In this document: positions 63,911-64,000 of the stretch, piece after piece
Layout: every line of letters begins with the position of its first letter
Position numbering within the stretch: the stretch's first letter is position 1
The notes under the pieces: model-generated
The model's database searches: none
What the model was told of the DNA's origin: nothing
What the model saw: only the letters and a program-made list of their open reading frames with translations
Source: an uncultured Pseudomonadales bacterium
Lineage (GTDB): Bacteria; Patescibacteriota; Microgenomatia; UBA1400; MFAQ01
Assembly (NCBI GenBank): GCA_964429015.1
Contig: CAYSAM010000003.1
Span: forward strand, 6,378-70,377
Direction: 5' to 3'
DNA length: 64,000 nt
Program-made: the position numbers and the translations under genes

Positions 63911-64000
63911 TAGGCAATTATAACAAGCTCATAATGACTTTTGTAATTATGAGCGCAGTTATAAGAGGCTCTGTAATCAGAGACAGGAAGATGACGAGCA

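Noticed and set aside
1-64000. CRISPR arrays, rRNA genes, integrases and phage structural genes.
   Set aside because: None of these was seen. No regularly spaced direct repeats with unique spacers occur. The tandem repeats found are intragenic, the REP cluster, the 40-bp direct repeat near adk and the heptamer. No recognisable integrase or recombinase motifs were found.

Overview
This is a low-GC bacterial chromosome segment with a small-genome, Patescibacteria-like character: no rpmD, a Zn-type S14, and L13-S9 directly after L17. It is built around the S10/spc/alpha ribosomal-protein cluster: rplP' - rpmC - rpsQ - rplN - rplX - rplE - rpsN - rpsH - rplF - rplR - rpsE - rplO // secY - adk - map - infA - rpmJ - rpsM - rpsK - rpsD - rpoA - rplQ - rplM - rpsI. 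The spc operon is interrupted between rplO and secY by a ~6.2 kb island (4.5-10.8 kb). The island holds nine unrecognisable ORFs, most with their own sigma70-like promoter, SD site and rho-independent terminator. Some of the promoters are near-identical paralogous copies. Downstream of the ribosomal cluster there is a translationally coupled envelope locus. It contains a 1727-aa alpha-2-macroglobulin-family protein carrying an embedded Hint (bacterial intein-like) domain, a Memo-like::CapA fusion, and a bactofilin-like beta-helix membrane protein. Next come a SemiSWEET gene, tRNA-Pro(GGG) on the minus strand, recA-recX and rny. After that comes a DHH-like gene whose 3' end repeats 23 bp of the rny 3' end, then hup-miaB-miaA and an AI-2E transporter. 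RNase P RNA (rnpB) lies on the minus strand and is hidden under spurious ORFs. Further on are secD-secF and a REP-associated tyrosine transposase (RAYT) flanked by REP-like palindromes, then cca, rel, dacA-like, gltX, nadE plus an NMN adenylyltransferase, a P-type ATPase, MazG and NUDIX. Three small dispersed repeat families are visible. The first is GTCAT-hairpin composite elements at nine or more intergenic or gene-end sites. The second is a GGGGCRGRCCCCCGTGYCYGCCC REP that flanks the RAYT and is also inserted in-frame inside the CapA-like CDS. The third is a 40-bp perfect direct repeat near adk. Two independent loci show an inserted gene flanked by a duplication of the 3' coding end of the upstream host gene (rny, and a membrane-channel-like gene). 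No CRISPR array, rRNA or integrase was seen.
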